From positions 72,974,001 through 73,038,000 of the forward strand of contig OX597823.1 in assembly GCA_951406725.2 (NCBI GenBank): a DNA stretch of 64,000 nt, written 5' to 3'. The position numbers were made by a program, and so were the translations under genes. This stretch comes from Octopus vulgaris (taxonomy: Eukaryota). The notes beneath the pieces are model-generated. The model saw only the letters and a program-made list of their open reading frames with translations, made no database searches and was not told where the DNA came from. Shown here piece by piece: positions 27,440 through 41,830 of this stretch; the stretch's first letter is position 1; every line of letters begins with the position of its first letter.

Positions 27440-28240
27440 TAAAGTATTTTGGAAGGATTAGGCGGTTGTACTAAAGCAAAAGCGAGGATCGCGGTAAAAG
27501 AAAAGGCAACACCCATTTTAAGGCCCAAACGGTACGTGCTGTTTGCGGCGTTAGACCACGTCAATAAAGAGCTGGAAAGAATAGGAAATCTAGGTATAAC
27601 TGAAAAAAAAAACGTCGACCATTCAGACTGAACAGCTCCGACGGTTTATGTAAAGAAAACGAAATAATAAACTAAGAACGTGTGCGTACATTTCAACTGG
27701 ATTAAATGACTGTCGTAAACCAAGTTCAGAAAAAGCTTTCTAAAACTTAAATGGCGGAAAACGTTTTTTGGAAGTTAGACCTCTCGGAGACTTATCTACA
27801 GGTACAGGTAGTGGAAGATTGCGCACACATTTTAACAATCAACACACGCCATGGATTGTATAAATTCAAGCAGCTTCCTTTGGCACCTGCCATATTCCAA
27901 CAAGTGATCGACGCAATGTGAAATGATTGCGACTTCGCTATCGCTTATCTTGATGATATTTTGATAAAGAGTGAGTCAGTGGAGCAACGCTTTGAACATA
28001 TTTAAAAGGTATTCGGAAAAATAAATGAATACGGGTTGAGACTAACAGAGAAAAAGTGTGAATTTTTGATGAAAAAATCAAATATTTAGATCAAGTAATT
28101 GACGAAAGAGGACGAAGGCCAGACCCATCAAGGGCGACGGCAATACGGTATATGCCTCCCCCAACGAACGTCCAATTGTTACAAGCATTTCAAGGCCTAG
28201 TAAACTTCTATCAACTATACATCACGAACATACACAACAC
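27440..28240 (+). pseudogene. Ty3/Gypsy LTR-retrotransposon reverse transcriptase remnant
   Basis: ATPILRPKRYVLFAALDHVNKELER, KLDLSETYLQV, LTINTRHGLYKFKQLP, APAIFQQVID, AIAYLDDILI (YLDD at 27946), KKCEFL, PPPTNVQLLQAFQGLVNFY. Frameshifts and stops; no LTRs seen. Confidence 0.92.
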
Positions 28241-31200
28241 GATGGCTCAATCAAATGTCGAATTATAATATCCATCCATATGCATTAGATGTTATCTTAG
28301 AACAGATACAGCAGTAACTAACCAATAAATCGTGTACATACATTGTGTTACTCAGATGAGTTACAAATATACGTACATCTATGTTTGTGTGTGTTTATAT
28401 ACACAAATTTGTATATATAGGTATACATATATTTGTGTATACACACGCACACTCACACACACACATATATATATGTTACACTGCATTGATTTTAGATGTA
28501 TAGGACAAGTTAGAAAATGTCTACGAGACTTCATTTATATTGGAACCGATGGTGTGTCAACATTACAGTATATCTCCGAGGGATTTCTACGAACAACATA
28601 TACCTTCGATTAGATTTGGATCGTATGACCCACCAATGATTATTTAATCATTATGCCTGACCTCCGACACCATAACAAGTTTCTGAGCGTCAAACTCGAG
28701 TAAGATCAAAATTCACAACCCTAGAATTTTACTGGTATCTGCTTTCAATTATAATAATATATTTTATTTCAATAGATAAAAGAATAAAATATCTTAACAA
28801 TACTTAGTGTAAGTTTATACGAAATTTAATAGCTATCGGGTGCTCTTCATTCTTAACTTATACTTTAACATTTTCAATGACTATTGTTTAAATACTAAGA
28901 ACGGTATTGCCGTTCAGATGGAGCTCCTATTATTTTTTCATATACGTTTAACCTTCGTTACATAGCACTAAAGTATCAAAGTGACAAGGCTGTTGTCTTT
29001 AGATATTGTGAAGTTTGCTTTCTTTCTCACACGTGTTATCCAAATTGTCGTGAAAGTATGTTAAGAAGCTGAACAAAGTTCACATCTGATTACCTGTTTG
29101 TAGCAGTTGCTTACGTTGTTACTCGGTTTCAAAGATGAAAATTACATCACGAGCACATGTCCGTTATTTTCGCGTTAGGACTGAAATCGTAAAGAATGGT
29201 ACCTTTGTCTCCAGTGGAATTTGGAATCCAGCTGAAAAACACATGCTACGGTAATTTGTAAACCAGTTTATGAAACGTATTTTTTGTGTATGTCTTTGGT
29301 AATATCAATTCTAAAACTTTATGAATAGATATCGGAAAATCTACAAAAGACTATTCACATTTTTCTTGAAAATGGCAGTGCGCTTGAGGACCCAACATAT
29401 CGAAAGGAAATAAATATATGGTTGTAATGAAAAAGACGGAGTCTTTGATACTGAATATTAATATATTTCGCAGGTCAACAGGCGCTACTTTATGAAATTT
29501 CATGCATACCTGACCATTCAGAAAAGAACAATCATGGAAATTATGAAATATTTATCTGCAAGATGTAAGTCTATAGAAATCTGATGTGTTAAAAATTGGG
29601 GAAAAGAGAAAACGTGAAGTAATTCAGGCAGATGGAACAAGTACATATGTATCTGGTCACTTCCAAAGCATGAGATGAGGGCCATCACGAAATACCTAGA
29701 TACACTTTTGTGAAATGCTCTTAAAATTTCTACACAAATATTCAACATGGCTTATCACTGTTCAAAATTATTGAACCATATGCTACAGCTGCACTTGGAT
29801 TAGTGGACATAGTTAACTTTTTCGAATTGTGATAGGGAAGGTGGTGGATTTGGTTTATTATTCCATAATCATTATTAAAAATGAAATTCAGGTGTTAACA
29901 AAACATTAAGATCTAAATCGAAACTCTACACTTATCTATAAAGAAAACGAGCACAAAATATTCGAGTGTGAATATCAAAATGCTATAAGAAGCATAAATT
30001 ACTCTCAGATTTTGGTTATTTAAAAGGACAACGCCCATTGTACCAAATATTAAACAAGACGTGTGCCAACATTATACGGCCTTATATAGAGAAACGACAA
30101 CATCAAATTATGAAAGACAAGTTACGCTACCTACGCCTCCTGCAATTCTGCCGGAGGAGTAAATCTTCAAAAATAAAGAAAACTGCAACCGAAAAACATA
30201 TGGACATCATATGTATTGACATATCTATTTCCTAGTAATTCTTATGTAGGTAACGAAATTAATTGAACTGGAAATGTGTGCGAGTTTTTGCGTTCGCAGA
30301 AAGCGATTGCTGATGCTGAATGGCTAATTCTTAAAGTACGAAAATTAACATACATCCGCAAGAGACGTCAAACAATAACTTTTAGTGGAAGAAAATCTAC
30401 GAATAACAAAAAATGTAGAAAATGCAAATATTTATGAGATGACATAGATTTCATATCTTATACACGTGTTTGCGATTTTACATGAACAAAATCTACGATG
30501 CTTGTCATCAACGTTAGTTTACCGATAACTCCAAGTACGTTTCATGCATCACAACCAGCGACATTGGTAATATGATTACAATGTGATCGTTCAAAAACTA
30601 ATCATATCTTTGTATATCAGACAAATCCGATAACTTATATCATGAACGCTTCAAATGTAATATAATACAATAAGAAGCAATATATATTTGTGCTCCAGTT
30701 GAACAGATATTGTTTTAACACAGTACCGGCATGCTTATCGGAATATAATTTCAAATGTTATAAGCAAACAACAGTATTCGCTGCTTGATAGTTCTGCAGC
30801 TAATTATATAATACATCTATTGGAGTTTTTGTTTTTATCAATTCTTATTAGTGATCGAAAAATGTGTTTTTATATCTTAGAACATAATCACCGTATCTAT
30901 ACAAGAAATGGATAAAGGTGTTTACATCCTGATAACGACATTGATAAATAATTCATATTCTAAATTCACAATCAATTAACAAATTGTATATTCCGAATTT
31001 CGCATCAATAATGCACAGCGATTGTGATTGTCTTACAAACAGAACAATATATTTTGGTGTCTATGTTTTATTTACTGGATAAGCTTCGTGATAATCTAAT
31101 TGTTGATCTTGTGCAATAACATATAAGATTGCTATACAACCAAATCTTTATAAGTACCCGTCCGTCACTGCATTTGAAACGAGATTCCTCCATGATTAAA

Positions 31201-32522
31201 AATGACCTGCTCGTAAAAAGGCAAACATTATGTCTTTTTAATCGAAATAGCGGCATATGAAATACTGACAGGTTAACCATGCAGGTAATTCATTTTGTAA
31301 TATTACTTTTTTAGAAAATATAATGGTGTTTAATGGCTACAAATGGGTATGATACTCGATGTTTGAGTGTTAAACTATTTTCTTTATTCAACTGGATTTT
31401 CGTATAAATATACATAAATATATAATACATTAATTGTACGCATATTCATTTCTGATGAAGAGCCCTTTTACAAAATTATCCCTGAAATATATGTGACCTT
31501 TACTGAAGTGATTACCTTCATCATCTTCAACCAGAATGTCCCGAAATTTACTCACATTCTCAGTTTTTCCTTCAGAGCCAGAAAACATTTCAACACTTGT
31601 AAATTTCTGTCTGTATACAAAACACGAATACGATCCATATCATTGTAAGGCTCACTCATCTCAATGCAGTTACTACACACACAAATCCGCTTAATAAGTA
31701 CACAAAATATGCAAATTGTATATTGTATACCAGATATCAAATATGTGTTTGGTTGACTGGTAAATGCAGTGACACAGTGTCACTATAACTATAGACTTAA
31801 AGATGCCCTGTTTCTTAATCTTGCTATTTATATTGATATTAATATTACTTTTAACATTCTGACTTACGAAAATTTCCTACTTCCATACAATTTCAAACAA
31901 TGCACCAGTATTTATTTATCTCATCTTTTGTATTGGTAATCATCGAACAAAGTCTTCGTTATATACATTTTTCAAGAGATTCAAACTTAGTGCTATCCTG
32001 GTTAAACGATATCTGCAATGTTCACACAAGTATGGAAGATATACAGAATTCATTACTGCTTTTTCTCCCTTCTGGATAATTACTATATAAATGTGTTAAA
32101 ACATTTCAAATAACATATTCAATATAAGGATGTGAAAATCACCAAAACTAGAAGTAAACATTGAAATACCGAATGTTTGAAAATGAAGTGTTTTCTTGTT
32201 TCTTTTCTTCAAATGAAGAAAACTAATTTTCAAATGCCCATAGCAAAATGATCTATACTCTTCTTTTTTTAGCGTATATCACATTGGTTATTATATATTA
32301 CAGAGGAAGAAGGAACTGACCAGACAGGTAATAATAAAAATTTCCAGGTTATTACTGAAGTCTGATAAGTTCAGCAAGTTCTGTTAGTAATAAATATATC
32401 TCGTGAATAATGTTTGTATTATTCTCTCGAGAATTTGGATTTAATTCATTTTTGCGAGTTCGAGGGAAAGAACTTAAGTGGGTACAATATCTTAATACAC
32501 TTGAAAGCTGTGTTATACTTGC

Positions 32523-32733
32523 TTCTTTACTCCCCACAAGGGGCTAAACACAGAGAGGACAAACAAGGACAGACAAACGGATTAAGTCGACTAGATCGAC
32601 TCCAGTGCGTAACTGGTACTTATTTAATCGACCCCGAAAGGATGAAAGGCAAAGTCGACTCAGAACGTAGCGGCAGACGAAATAACACTAAGCGTTTCGC
32701 CCGGCGTGCTAACGTTTCTGCCACCTCGCCGCC
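32523..32733 (-). mobile_element. tRNA-derived Nin/Deu-like SINE
   Basis: Reverse complement of the 24159-24386 type with an internal deletion. Imperfect TSD AAGCTGTGTTATAC / AAGCGGTGTTACAC. Confidence 0.88.
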
Positions 32734-33283
32734 TTCAAGCGGTGTTACACCATTTTGTAGTCAATAAGGAAAACTTCTTGAAAAATTAAACATCATAATT
32801 GGCGGAAAATAAATTATAAAGTTTGAAAGAAATATATTTTATGCTTTGTTTCCGGACATTTATAAGTTTTTCAGTAATATAAATAGAAATATTTTCTATA
32901 ATTTTCTTAATTATCATTAATATTATAAGAACATACAAATTTCATTTTCGCTCATCATGCATTCTATATATTTCATACTTTCATAAACATATAGACATGC
33001 CTGCCTACGCTTAAGTGTGTCATCTAATAAGTTCTGTCCGATTTTACCTTTTTTTAAAAAATTGAATGGAATTTAATAGTATTTCAGAATGTCTAATGGA
33101 ATTAAAAATTATTTTTCTGCATTTGTGTACGTTTACACTAATTAAGTATTATATTACAAAATAATAGAATTAAAATTTCTTTCATTAAAACACAGTTTAT
33201 ATTACAGAAACTAAATAGTTGATAAAGTTTTATGTTTACATATTGCTTATTGCATAATTTTGTCGAAGCTCTTATTAAATATT

Positions 33284-33707
33284 ATATATATTTCTTTACT
33301 GCCCACAAGGGGTTAAACATAGAGGGGACAAGCAAGGACAGACAAAGGGATTAAGTCGATTACATCGACCCCAGTGCGAAACTGGTACTTTATTTATCGA
33401 CCCCGAAAGGACGACAGGCAAAGTCGACCTCGGCAGAATTTGAACTCAGAACGTAACGACAGACGAAATACCTATTTCTTTACTACCCTCAAGGGGCTAA
33501 ACACAGAGAGGACAAACAAGGACAGGCAAACGGATTAAGTGGATTATATCGACACCAGTGCGTAACTGGTACTTATTTAATCGACCCCGAAAGGATGGAA
33601 GGCAAAGTCGACCTCCGCGGAATTTGAACTCAGAATGTAGCGGCAGACGAAATACGGCTACGCATTTCGCCCGGCGTGCTAACGATTCTGCCAGCTTGCC
33701 GCCCTGT
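33284..33707 (-). mobile_element. Tandem (1.5-2-mer) Nin/Deu-like SINE with 15-bp TSD
   Basis: A full unit plus a headless second unit. TSD CTCTTATTAAATATT at 33269-33283 and 33708-33722. Confidence 0.9.
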
Positions 33708-36217
33708 CTCTTATTAAATATTGTATAAAATTATTAAATATTGTGTCGTATCAAGCCTGAAATAACATGCTCTACTTTCAAGTGCTGGTCAATGAAATAC
33801 TAAAATCACGTTTATTTACACCAATGTTTATATCTTTAATACAGTATATACTAACATACGAAAGACTATACTAGATTCAGTATGCAGCTTATCACTGCAA
33901 AAATAAGAAAATTGATATCTGCAGAATGAGTTAAATGGTTGAAAGATGAAACAAACGTAGCCAACCTTAAACAATACATCATAGAAGTTCAGTATTTCTT
34001 TCATGATTCTACAAAACTTTAGACTGAAAGAAAATAGTACACAATCTCTGACTGATGTTGTAATTTTGAATTTTAATATCAGTTATTTTTAAACTATGAA
34101 AATGTAATTACTTACGTTTGAAAATGTAATTATTTACGAAAATTGACATTCAGTTTGCAAACATATGTAAATATATTTGGGTGTCTTCATGAATTTTAGA
34201 TGCTGACACAAATATAACACCGTACATTATGAAGTGATAAGTTAAATATTTAGACATACTAAACCGTTAAAGGAAAGGCGTTATAACACTTAAAATGTAT
34301 CCAAAGTTTTATGCATAACTGCTACAAAAAGAAAGATTAGTTTAAAGATATGGCAGGTAGCCAATAACTATAGAAATGTAAAGTTACTGCAAATAACGAT
34401 ATCAGCGTCTCAGAACGTTCGCAAATCGATTCTCCTTTCCCCTTCATCTCAATCGCCAACTTTTAATATTTGTGTGAATATTATCCACAAGAACAAAAGA
34501 AAGTCTCGATAAACATAGAACGTATTCAAATATGTGAAAGTCAAGTGGCGAAAGACTTTATTTATTAAGTATATAAAGAATAGATTTCAGAACAGTACGC
34601 TTGAAAAGTATTATCCGATAACGAATGCATAACATTTAATTTTGGGGGCCAGTGATCGAACACTGCTTTCTTGATTGTCAAATCGTGAAAATGTTGGAAA
34701 TTTATTTATCGTAACTAAAATGTGAATAATATTCAGTCAATCATTCTAAAACAAGACGTGTGCGTCATGTTGTGAACAGCACTAAAAGAGCTGCTACAAA
34801 CTGGAAAGGAAAGTGTGGTTCGGTAAATCATTCGCTTAAGTTAATAGAAAATGTTATTACTTCATATACGAGACCTAAATCCGGGTTAAAAATAATATAT
34901 TCAGATTAGATGTCTGGTGTTTGCTAAAACTAAGCGAGTAGATAAACGTATCTGCGTTGTTAGATGTTGTAGTCACTATCAAATTGTAAACCAATTTGAA
35001 GTGAAGGCGACTGCAGAATTTTTATCGACATAATTCTCCGGAAGAACGATGAAGTACTAATACTGTATAAACTGGTGCTACAAGCAGATTAGAAAATATC
35101 GATAACCAACCTAATATGTTTATAGAAATTAAAACTACAAAAGAAAAACACGAGTGAAACATATATGAACAAATAGACAACGTCTCTAAATATAAATATT
35201 TAGAAATAATAACTCAAAGCAGTAGTTGTTAGAGTATACTGCAGAAGTGAAAAGACACGAATTTATTAAATGTTTTTCTGGTGGACGTCTAATTCTTTAC
35301 CAAATTTTCATGGGAAATAAACAATTATCTGACATGCAGAATAGCTAACTTTAAAAACAAGCATTATTTCATGGTTCTTTGAGCAAGCAACAGAAACTCA
35401 TCATGACTGCATGGATAGACAGAGACATGAGACCATACACAGCCTACTGAACTACTTGAGTTGGCTGACAAATTTCCCTCTAACAACATAGAGTTTTTTT
35501 TTTTTGAAGGTTACTCACAGAGTTCGGATTACAGATAGATTAAATAACAGATCTCATGGTCAACTAAAATTAACAAGTCCACAAGGTCCAACATGAGACA
35601 CTTCGAGCCAAAACTAATGAAGATCTAATACATACGCGCTTCGTGTAGTTAGATTTCCAAAATAAAATACATTGTCATGCAACTAGAATACACATCGACG
35701 ATATCTAAAGCATCACCATTATGTTCTTATAACATATACATTGTAGACCAATCTCAACAACAAAATAGGCATTTTTAAGCAAGCATGGAGAATGCAGCTC
35801 TAAGTCAGTTTCCCGATTACGCCACAAGAAATGAAAAATATAGCAATGTGCTTCAACACGGACTCTAATCAATCGTATTTGCACATGAAAGAGCATCTAG
35901 GTATTTGTTTGGCAGACGTTTTTGTTCATTATTATTATCATACATACGTTCGAGTACAGGAGAGAATTGAAAAAGAAAATTAATTTCCTGCGTCAGGGAA
36001 TAAGCCTTTCTCAATACATATATGTTTATCTAAAGGTGTGTCCGGGAAAAATGATAGGCAGAGAACATAGGTAAATAGAACAATTATTAGGAAAATGACA
36101 ACGAATCCTTTGAACGACTTACTACATGATATAATATCTTTAAACGGGACAAGTTTAATGTTAGCTCCATCATATACATGTGTATGTATGTATGTATGTA
36201 TGTGTGTATGTATATCT

Positions 36218-36249
<32 letters not shown>

Positions 36250-36399
36250 TGTATAAATTTATATATATACACATATATATATATATATGTGTATATATAT
36301 ATATATGTATATATATATATACACATATGTACTTAAATATATACATATATATATATATATACGTATATATGTATACATATGTATATCTATATATATACA

Positions 36400-36571
36400 C
36401 CGGTATTGGTGTGTTTACATTACCGTAACTTAGTTGTTCGGCAAAAGATACCGATAGAATTATTACCATGCTTTAAAAAAAAGTAGTGAGGTCGATTCAT
36501 TTGTCTAAAAATTCAAGGCGGACCCTCATCATGGTCGCAGTCTGATGACTGATACAGGTAAGATATAAAAG

Positions 36572-36575
<4 letters not shown>
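36400..36575 (+). mobile_element. 3' part of CORE-like SINE, degraded
   Basis: GGTGTGTTTAC..GTTCGGCAAAAGATACCGATAGAA..CATGGTCGCAGTC matches the reverse complement of ~26410-26575. Confidence 0.7.
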
Positions 36576-36609
<34 letters not shown>

Positions 36610-37212
36610 CTTACTCCGTTGGCAATAGATACACTCTTATTTACTTACTTTATTAACTTTATTGAAGATAAACTAAATACAAGAAACAATAGATTTCTGA
36701 GCAATGATGTTACTCTCTCGACTCAGTGCTACATATAACTGAACAAAGAATAAATTATCCATCTTCAGAGAAGTAAACATATGAAGCAATCTAAATCACG
36801 CCTGTGACTGAAGAAATCCCAACCATCGTTGCATAACAATTTATCATGGCTTGGCTCAAGGCCGATGATGATCACCTCTGTTATTCGTTCTGAACGAAAC
36901 TTGTCAGGGGGATGCGTTGAATCAATCTTTCAGTCACACTGCATAATATCGTACACATACGTGCTTATTGCTGCAACTTGCACATAAGCGACTAAAGGCT
37001 TTAGCAGAGGAGAATTTTCCTCTTAAATGTTAAGCACACACGCAGAACTGTGGCTTTGTATATATGTACATATATACACATATCCATACATTCATGCACC
37101 CACATATACATACATACATACATACATACTTTTATGCCTGAGAAATCGCACGACTCTACCGCAACGTATCATCAGATTAAAGGAGGAGCGTATATCAGCA
37201 GAAAACCATGCG

Positions 37213-38200
37213 TAGATATGTGAGTAGATAGCTCCGGGTTAATAGTAAGATTGATCATCAAAGCAGTCTATTTTGGATCAACAACCGGATTACTAACTGC
37301 CTCTTTGGAGGGTGTGCTTTTAAAATCCTGGAACAAAAATTATCAACTAAATACCTGATGCACAAAAGGAATAGAGATGAAGCAAAAGTAGCAAAATATG
37401 ATAACCGATGCAGACATTGTGGACTCAACACTGAAGATATCACCCACATCATAAGCAGTTCTCCGAAAATACCATCAAGATATTATCTGTCGATGAGATA
37501 TGAAGATTTAGCTTGGTCACTGTATAAGGAGATCCGTCTGAAGGATAACTCCGAGGCTAAACAAATAAGAACGAACCTACAGTATGGTAGAAGTCATAGC
37601 CACTCATAATAAAAAGAGTACAGGTGGAAGGTCCCAGTGAAAACATCAATAAAATGTAAAGACACTACACCTGACATAGTAAATTGGATGGAGAAGAGAA
37701 ACTGTCTACATTTGTGGAAATCAGCTGCCCAGTGGATGTTAACATAATTTCACCGAAAATGAAAATACCTACGCTGAACTATTGAGGAATCTACAGCTAC
37801 TTTATCTACATTAGAATTTCAGACTTATAACTGTAATTATTGGGGCACCAGGATATGTAGTACACTGTCTTAATACCGATCTTGAGAAATTAGCCCACTC
37901 AAACCAGAAAGGAGAAAGCTGATTCGAAGACTACAGATCCAAGGTATCACTGGAACTGTAAACTTCTGGAAAACTTTCCGGAACTTTATCATTTAAGTAT
38001 ATATGAGAAAGTCTTGACATACAACTAAATTTATAAGAATACATACATAAAACAAAACATACAACTCTGTATTTATATATATATGCATACAAAAATATAC
38101 TATCAATGTTGTTGACATCCCAGTGAAGGAACCTTGCATCTAGGTTAGAAACCGGCTTTTTCTCTATTGGCCAGAAATCTTGCAATAAAACTAAATAATA
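37213..38200 (+). mobile_element. 5'-truncated RLE-type non-LTR retrotransposon (zinc knuckle + restriction-like endonuclease + 3'UTR)
   Basis: CRHCGLNTEDITHIISSSP (CCHC knuckle relic), PDIV, VEISCPVD, YAELLRNLQLLY, IIGAPGYV, KPERRKLIRRLQIQ..FII* at ~37996. Disrupted. Confidence 0.88.
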
Positions 38201-38343
38201 TCATATATTAATATACGCATACATACATGCGTTACCAGCTCGACCAGACTTTTATCTGAAAATTATTGTCACTTTCTTAGCGACCGGATTGAACTATTTT
38301 AAGAGAAGGTATACACTAATACACAGGCGCACTCACAAACATA

Positions 38344-38384
<41 letters not shown>

Positions 38385-38390
<6 letters not shown>

Positions 38391-39124
38391 AAACGCAAAA
38401 TGGAACGAGAACGCAACAGGCGACAACAAAACATCCGGACAGTTAGACGGTACAAAGAAGGACAAGAAAAAACAAGAACAGGTCATTCGGAGCCTTCTAT
38501 TGTCAGTCGAGTCCAGATCATTCCTGCAGTTTTCTCGCCGGCCCCAAAATAATCTAAGCTAACAGCACTAGATTCTTTGGATGAAAGCAAACGAATGAAT
38601 ACAAAAACAAGGACGTAAACAAACGACGGAGAAAGTTTACACGATAACATATACAAACAACAACGCAATAACAACAGGTGACTTTCGACTAAAGGCGAAA
38701 TAAATTAATCTGGCGTGTGAGGAGTGAAGACTTACGGCACGAATATAATAGCTGAACGTCAGGAGAAGGAATATCAAAGATGTTACACAAGTGGAAGTTG
38801 AACCAAGAAAGAAAGTACAGCCTTGGCGGAACATTGGTCACGTGGAAGGAGAGGAGAGAGGTAGGAAGCTGAGGAATTGAAGAATTAGGGAGTGACGTGA
38901 AAGAGAGGAAAAGAAAGGAAAGGGACATAGAGAAAGGTATAAGGGAGGTAAAAGAGGAGAGAAAGTGAGGAGAATGAAGGGAAGCCAAATAAATGTGAGA
39001 GATGGGGAGCGAGAAAATGAAAAGAGTAAATAAGAAAGTATGAAAGCGTAAAAGAGTAGTATAGAATTTAGATATATATATACATATACTTATATACAGG
39101 AGACCAAAAGTGCACATACGCCGC

Positions 39125-39185
<61 letters not shown>

Positions 39186-39443
39186 GAAGCAAGAACAGGC
39201 GACAACAAAATATCTGCGCTGTTAGACGATACAAAGACGGACAGGAAGAAAATAAGGAGGCCGGGTCATTCGGAGCCTTCTATCGTCAGTCGAGTTCCGC
39301 ATCACCCCTACAGTTTCGGCCGGTTACACTCGAGACTGCACCAATCTGGGTGGTCCCAAGAAAATCTATGTTAAGAGCTTTGGAAGAAAGTAAGTGAATG
39401 TATACGAAAACAAGGACAAAAAATGGAGAAATACTACGCAATT
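38385..39443. mobile_element. Two diverged copies (38385-~39060 and 39183-39443) of an unclassified repeat inserted in (TA)n
   Basis: Shared AACAGGCGACAACAAAA..GTTAGACG.TACAAAGA..GGTCATTCGGAGCCTTCTAT.GTCAGTCGAGT..AAAACAAGGAC. Each copy begins at a TA tract. Confidence 0.7.
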
Positions 39444-40384
39444 TTATATATATATATATAGGAAGGAACATTTAACTCAAATGAGAAAAGTAAGCATGTA
39501 GATTAAATAAATATATGCTGATTTTATGATTATGTAATGTTTCATTTATTTCACTAAGCAGAAAATTTATTGATTCCTAGCAATATAAGCAATATATTTC
39601 TCTCTGCCCATGCAATAAAAGAGGGGTAATGAAGCACCACCATTAAGCAGCATTCAAAAACCAACGGAAGAAGTTTGACCGTCCGTTAAAGCATTCATAT
39701 GGCGGTCGAGAATGGACACAAACGTGACACTATGTTAAACAGTCCTCGACTGAGAAGGAAAATGTGGCAGAACATTACGTTACTCAAAATGGCAAGAATT
39801 CAACATCTTATATTTGCATTACTGAGGAACTGCTTGCTTAGTAATTACCGATACACTGAGCAAGAAAGGCAATACATTGGATTTGTGCCAACTAATTCAT
39901 AGATCAGTACGTAAATTAATTTAAAGTTTACTTCTCATTCTAAATAGCTAATAAACTATGAAGTATGAACTAAAATTTCTTTGTATTGTTTGATATACCC
40001 CCAACCAATATTCTCTACATACACCAATCAACAAATACCATATTATGTGTGTAAAATTTTCTTTTGAAATACAAACACTTCGTGCTTAAGTGATTCAATC
40101 AAATTCGAAATAGCAGTTTGTATCTACGAATATTTTGTTGGAAAGAAAATGCAAACAGTCAAATGAAATAAACACAGAGATTGCATGATTATCTTTTATT
40201 TCATATATTTCCCTGACAAAAATAGGAATAGATTCCGAACAAGATATTTCTCTCTCTTGGCAACAAAAGAAACAACCACTAAAATCCAGCTATGTCTGTG
40301 TGTGCGCGTGTTTTTGTGTGTGCATGCATGCGTGTTTGGGCGCACGCGCCTTGTGCGTGTATCCACACCCATATATAGGTGTAT

Positions 40385-40455
40385 ATATAAGCATGTTTGT
40401 ATGTATCTGTTTGTTTTCTACACCACCTGTCTTCGTCTTTTTTTCTCGTGAACTC

Positions 40456-40458
<3 letters not shown>
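40385..40458 (+). mobile_element. Partial family B element end
   Basis: TTTGTTTTCTACACCACCTGTCTTCGTCTTTTTT matches the reverse complement of 4741-4777. Abuts (TA)n. Confidence 0.6.
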
Positions 40459-40518
<60 letters not shown>

Positions 40519-41592
40519 ATATACACAGACACACACACACATATATATATATATACACACATATAAATAGAGATATGCGTATATACATATATGTGTGTAA
40601 ATGTGCGTATCAATGTAGGGAAATATGCATGTAGTGATGTAGTGCTAGTTTACCCAACCCGTTAAAAATAACGGCCTCTTAGAAGACATAAGCAGAAACT
40701 TTTATCTGTTAAACGCATCGGCATAACATACATTCCATATATCTGATATAGACTTGTTAACAATATTCCTATACATTTGCAGTCAATTTTCTATCTAAGC
40801 TGTTTTAGAAAAAGTCGAAATTTCGTCAACAAGCAATATGTTGTCCATACACATATAAATATTATTATGATATATCCATATATAGAACAGTTTTAAGGAA
40901 ATATACATCACAATATGCATATTTTATTTAAAACAGGTGCATTCCATATATTCCTCTGTTTAATATAATGGCTATTCCTTATAGAATATATATTTTTCAT
41001 GTACAAAAATGTGCTTGTTTACAACACAAGTATACATCACATGTATTGCACAATATGTGCTCTACTATGCATCAAACTTTACTTAACATAATTTAGAACG
41101 TGTTTCTTTGGACGTCTTTTGTGAACGATCTTGGAATGATAAATCCTTTGTATAGTTGCGTGCTTGATAAAGTGAACCTTTATTTACATTTATTTATATA
41201 ATCTGTTTCAAATAAGATTTCCTTGATAGTCATTTCTTTCTATGGGCAACGACATAGTAGTAATACTGCTAGTACTTATATAGAGATAGAGGTTTAGTAA
41301 GGGAAATAAATCTAATCAACTTTGCAGCATATTTCCTTCCCTAAACCTTGTTGACTCCATTGCTCCCTTCCTTACACCTGTGACTGATAACATGAAAACT
41401 ATCCTGTGACGAATAACTATGAGTAATTTACCTGAAGAGGATATATATACAAACACACATAGCACATATGTGAGTGCGAGTGTATGTATGTAGCACTCAA
41501 TGCGTATTGTAAATGGTATGTTTCTTCTTCATTAAAAATGAAGGCGAGATCTTGTTTAAACACACACGAACACACACGCGCACACACACACA

Positions 41593-41649
<57 letters not shown>

Positions 41650-41653
<4 letters not shown>

Positions 41654-41830
41654 CAAATTTATAGAAAAATAAAGACGAAGATAGGTATAGGAACACCGAG
41701 AAAGGGTATTTATTTGACGCTCAGGAAAAATGGAGATGTCTTTTATGTTTTGAGCCTACGCTCTTCGACGGAAAGGAATAAGAAGAAATAAATCGAAAGA
41801 GAATGAAAAAGACATGTTCAGTGATCCAAC
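41650..41830 (-). mobile_element. Short hammerhead-bearing element, family B
   Basis: Abuts (TA)n. Minus 41739-41776 reads CCTTT CCGTCGA A GAGC GTAG GCTC AAAACAT A AAAGA. Confidence 0.65.

Noticed and set aside
39590-39900. Possible mariner-derived non-autonomous repeat
   Set aside because: Could not define TIRs or coding relics from the sequence alone
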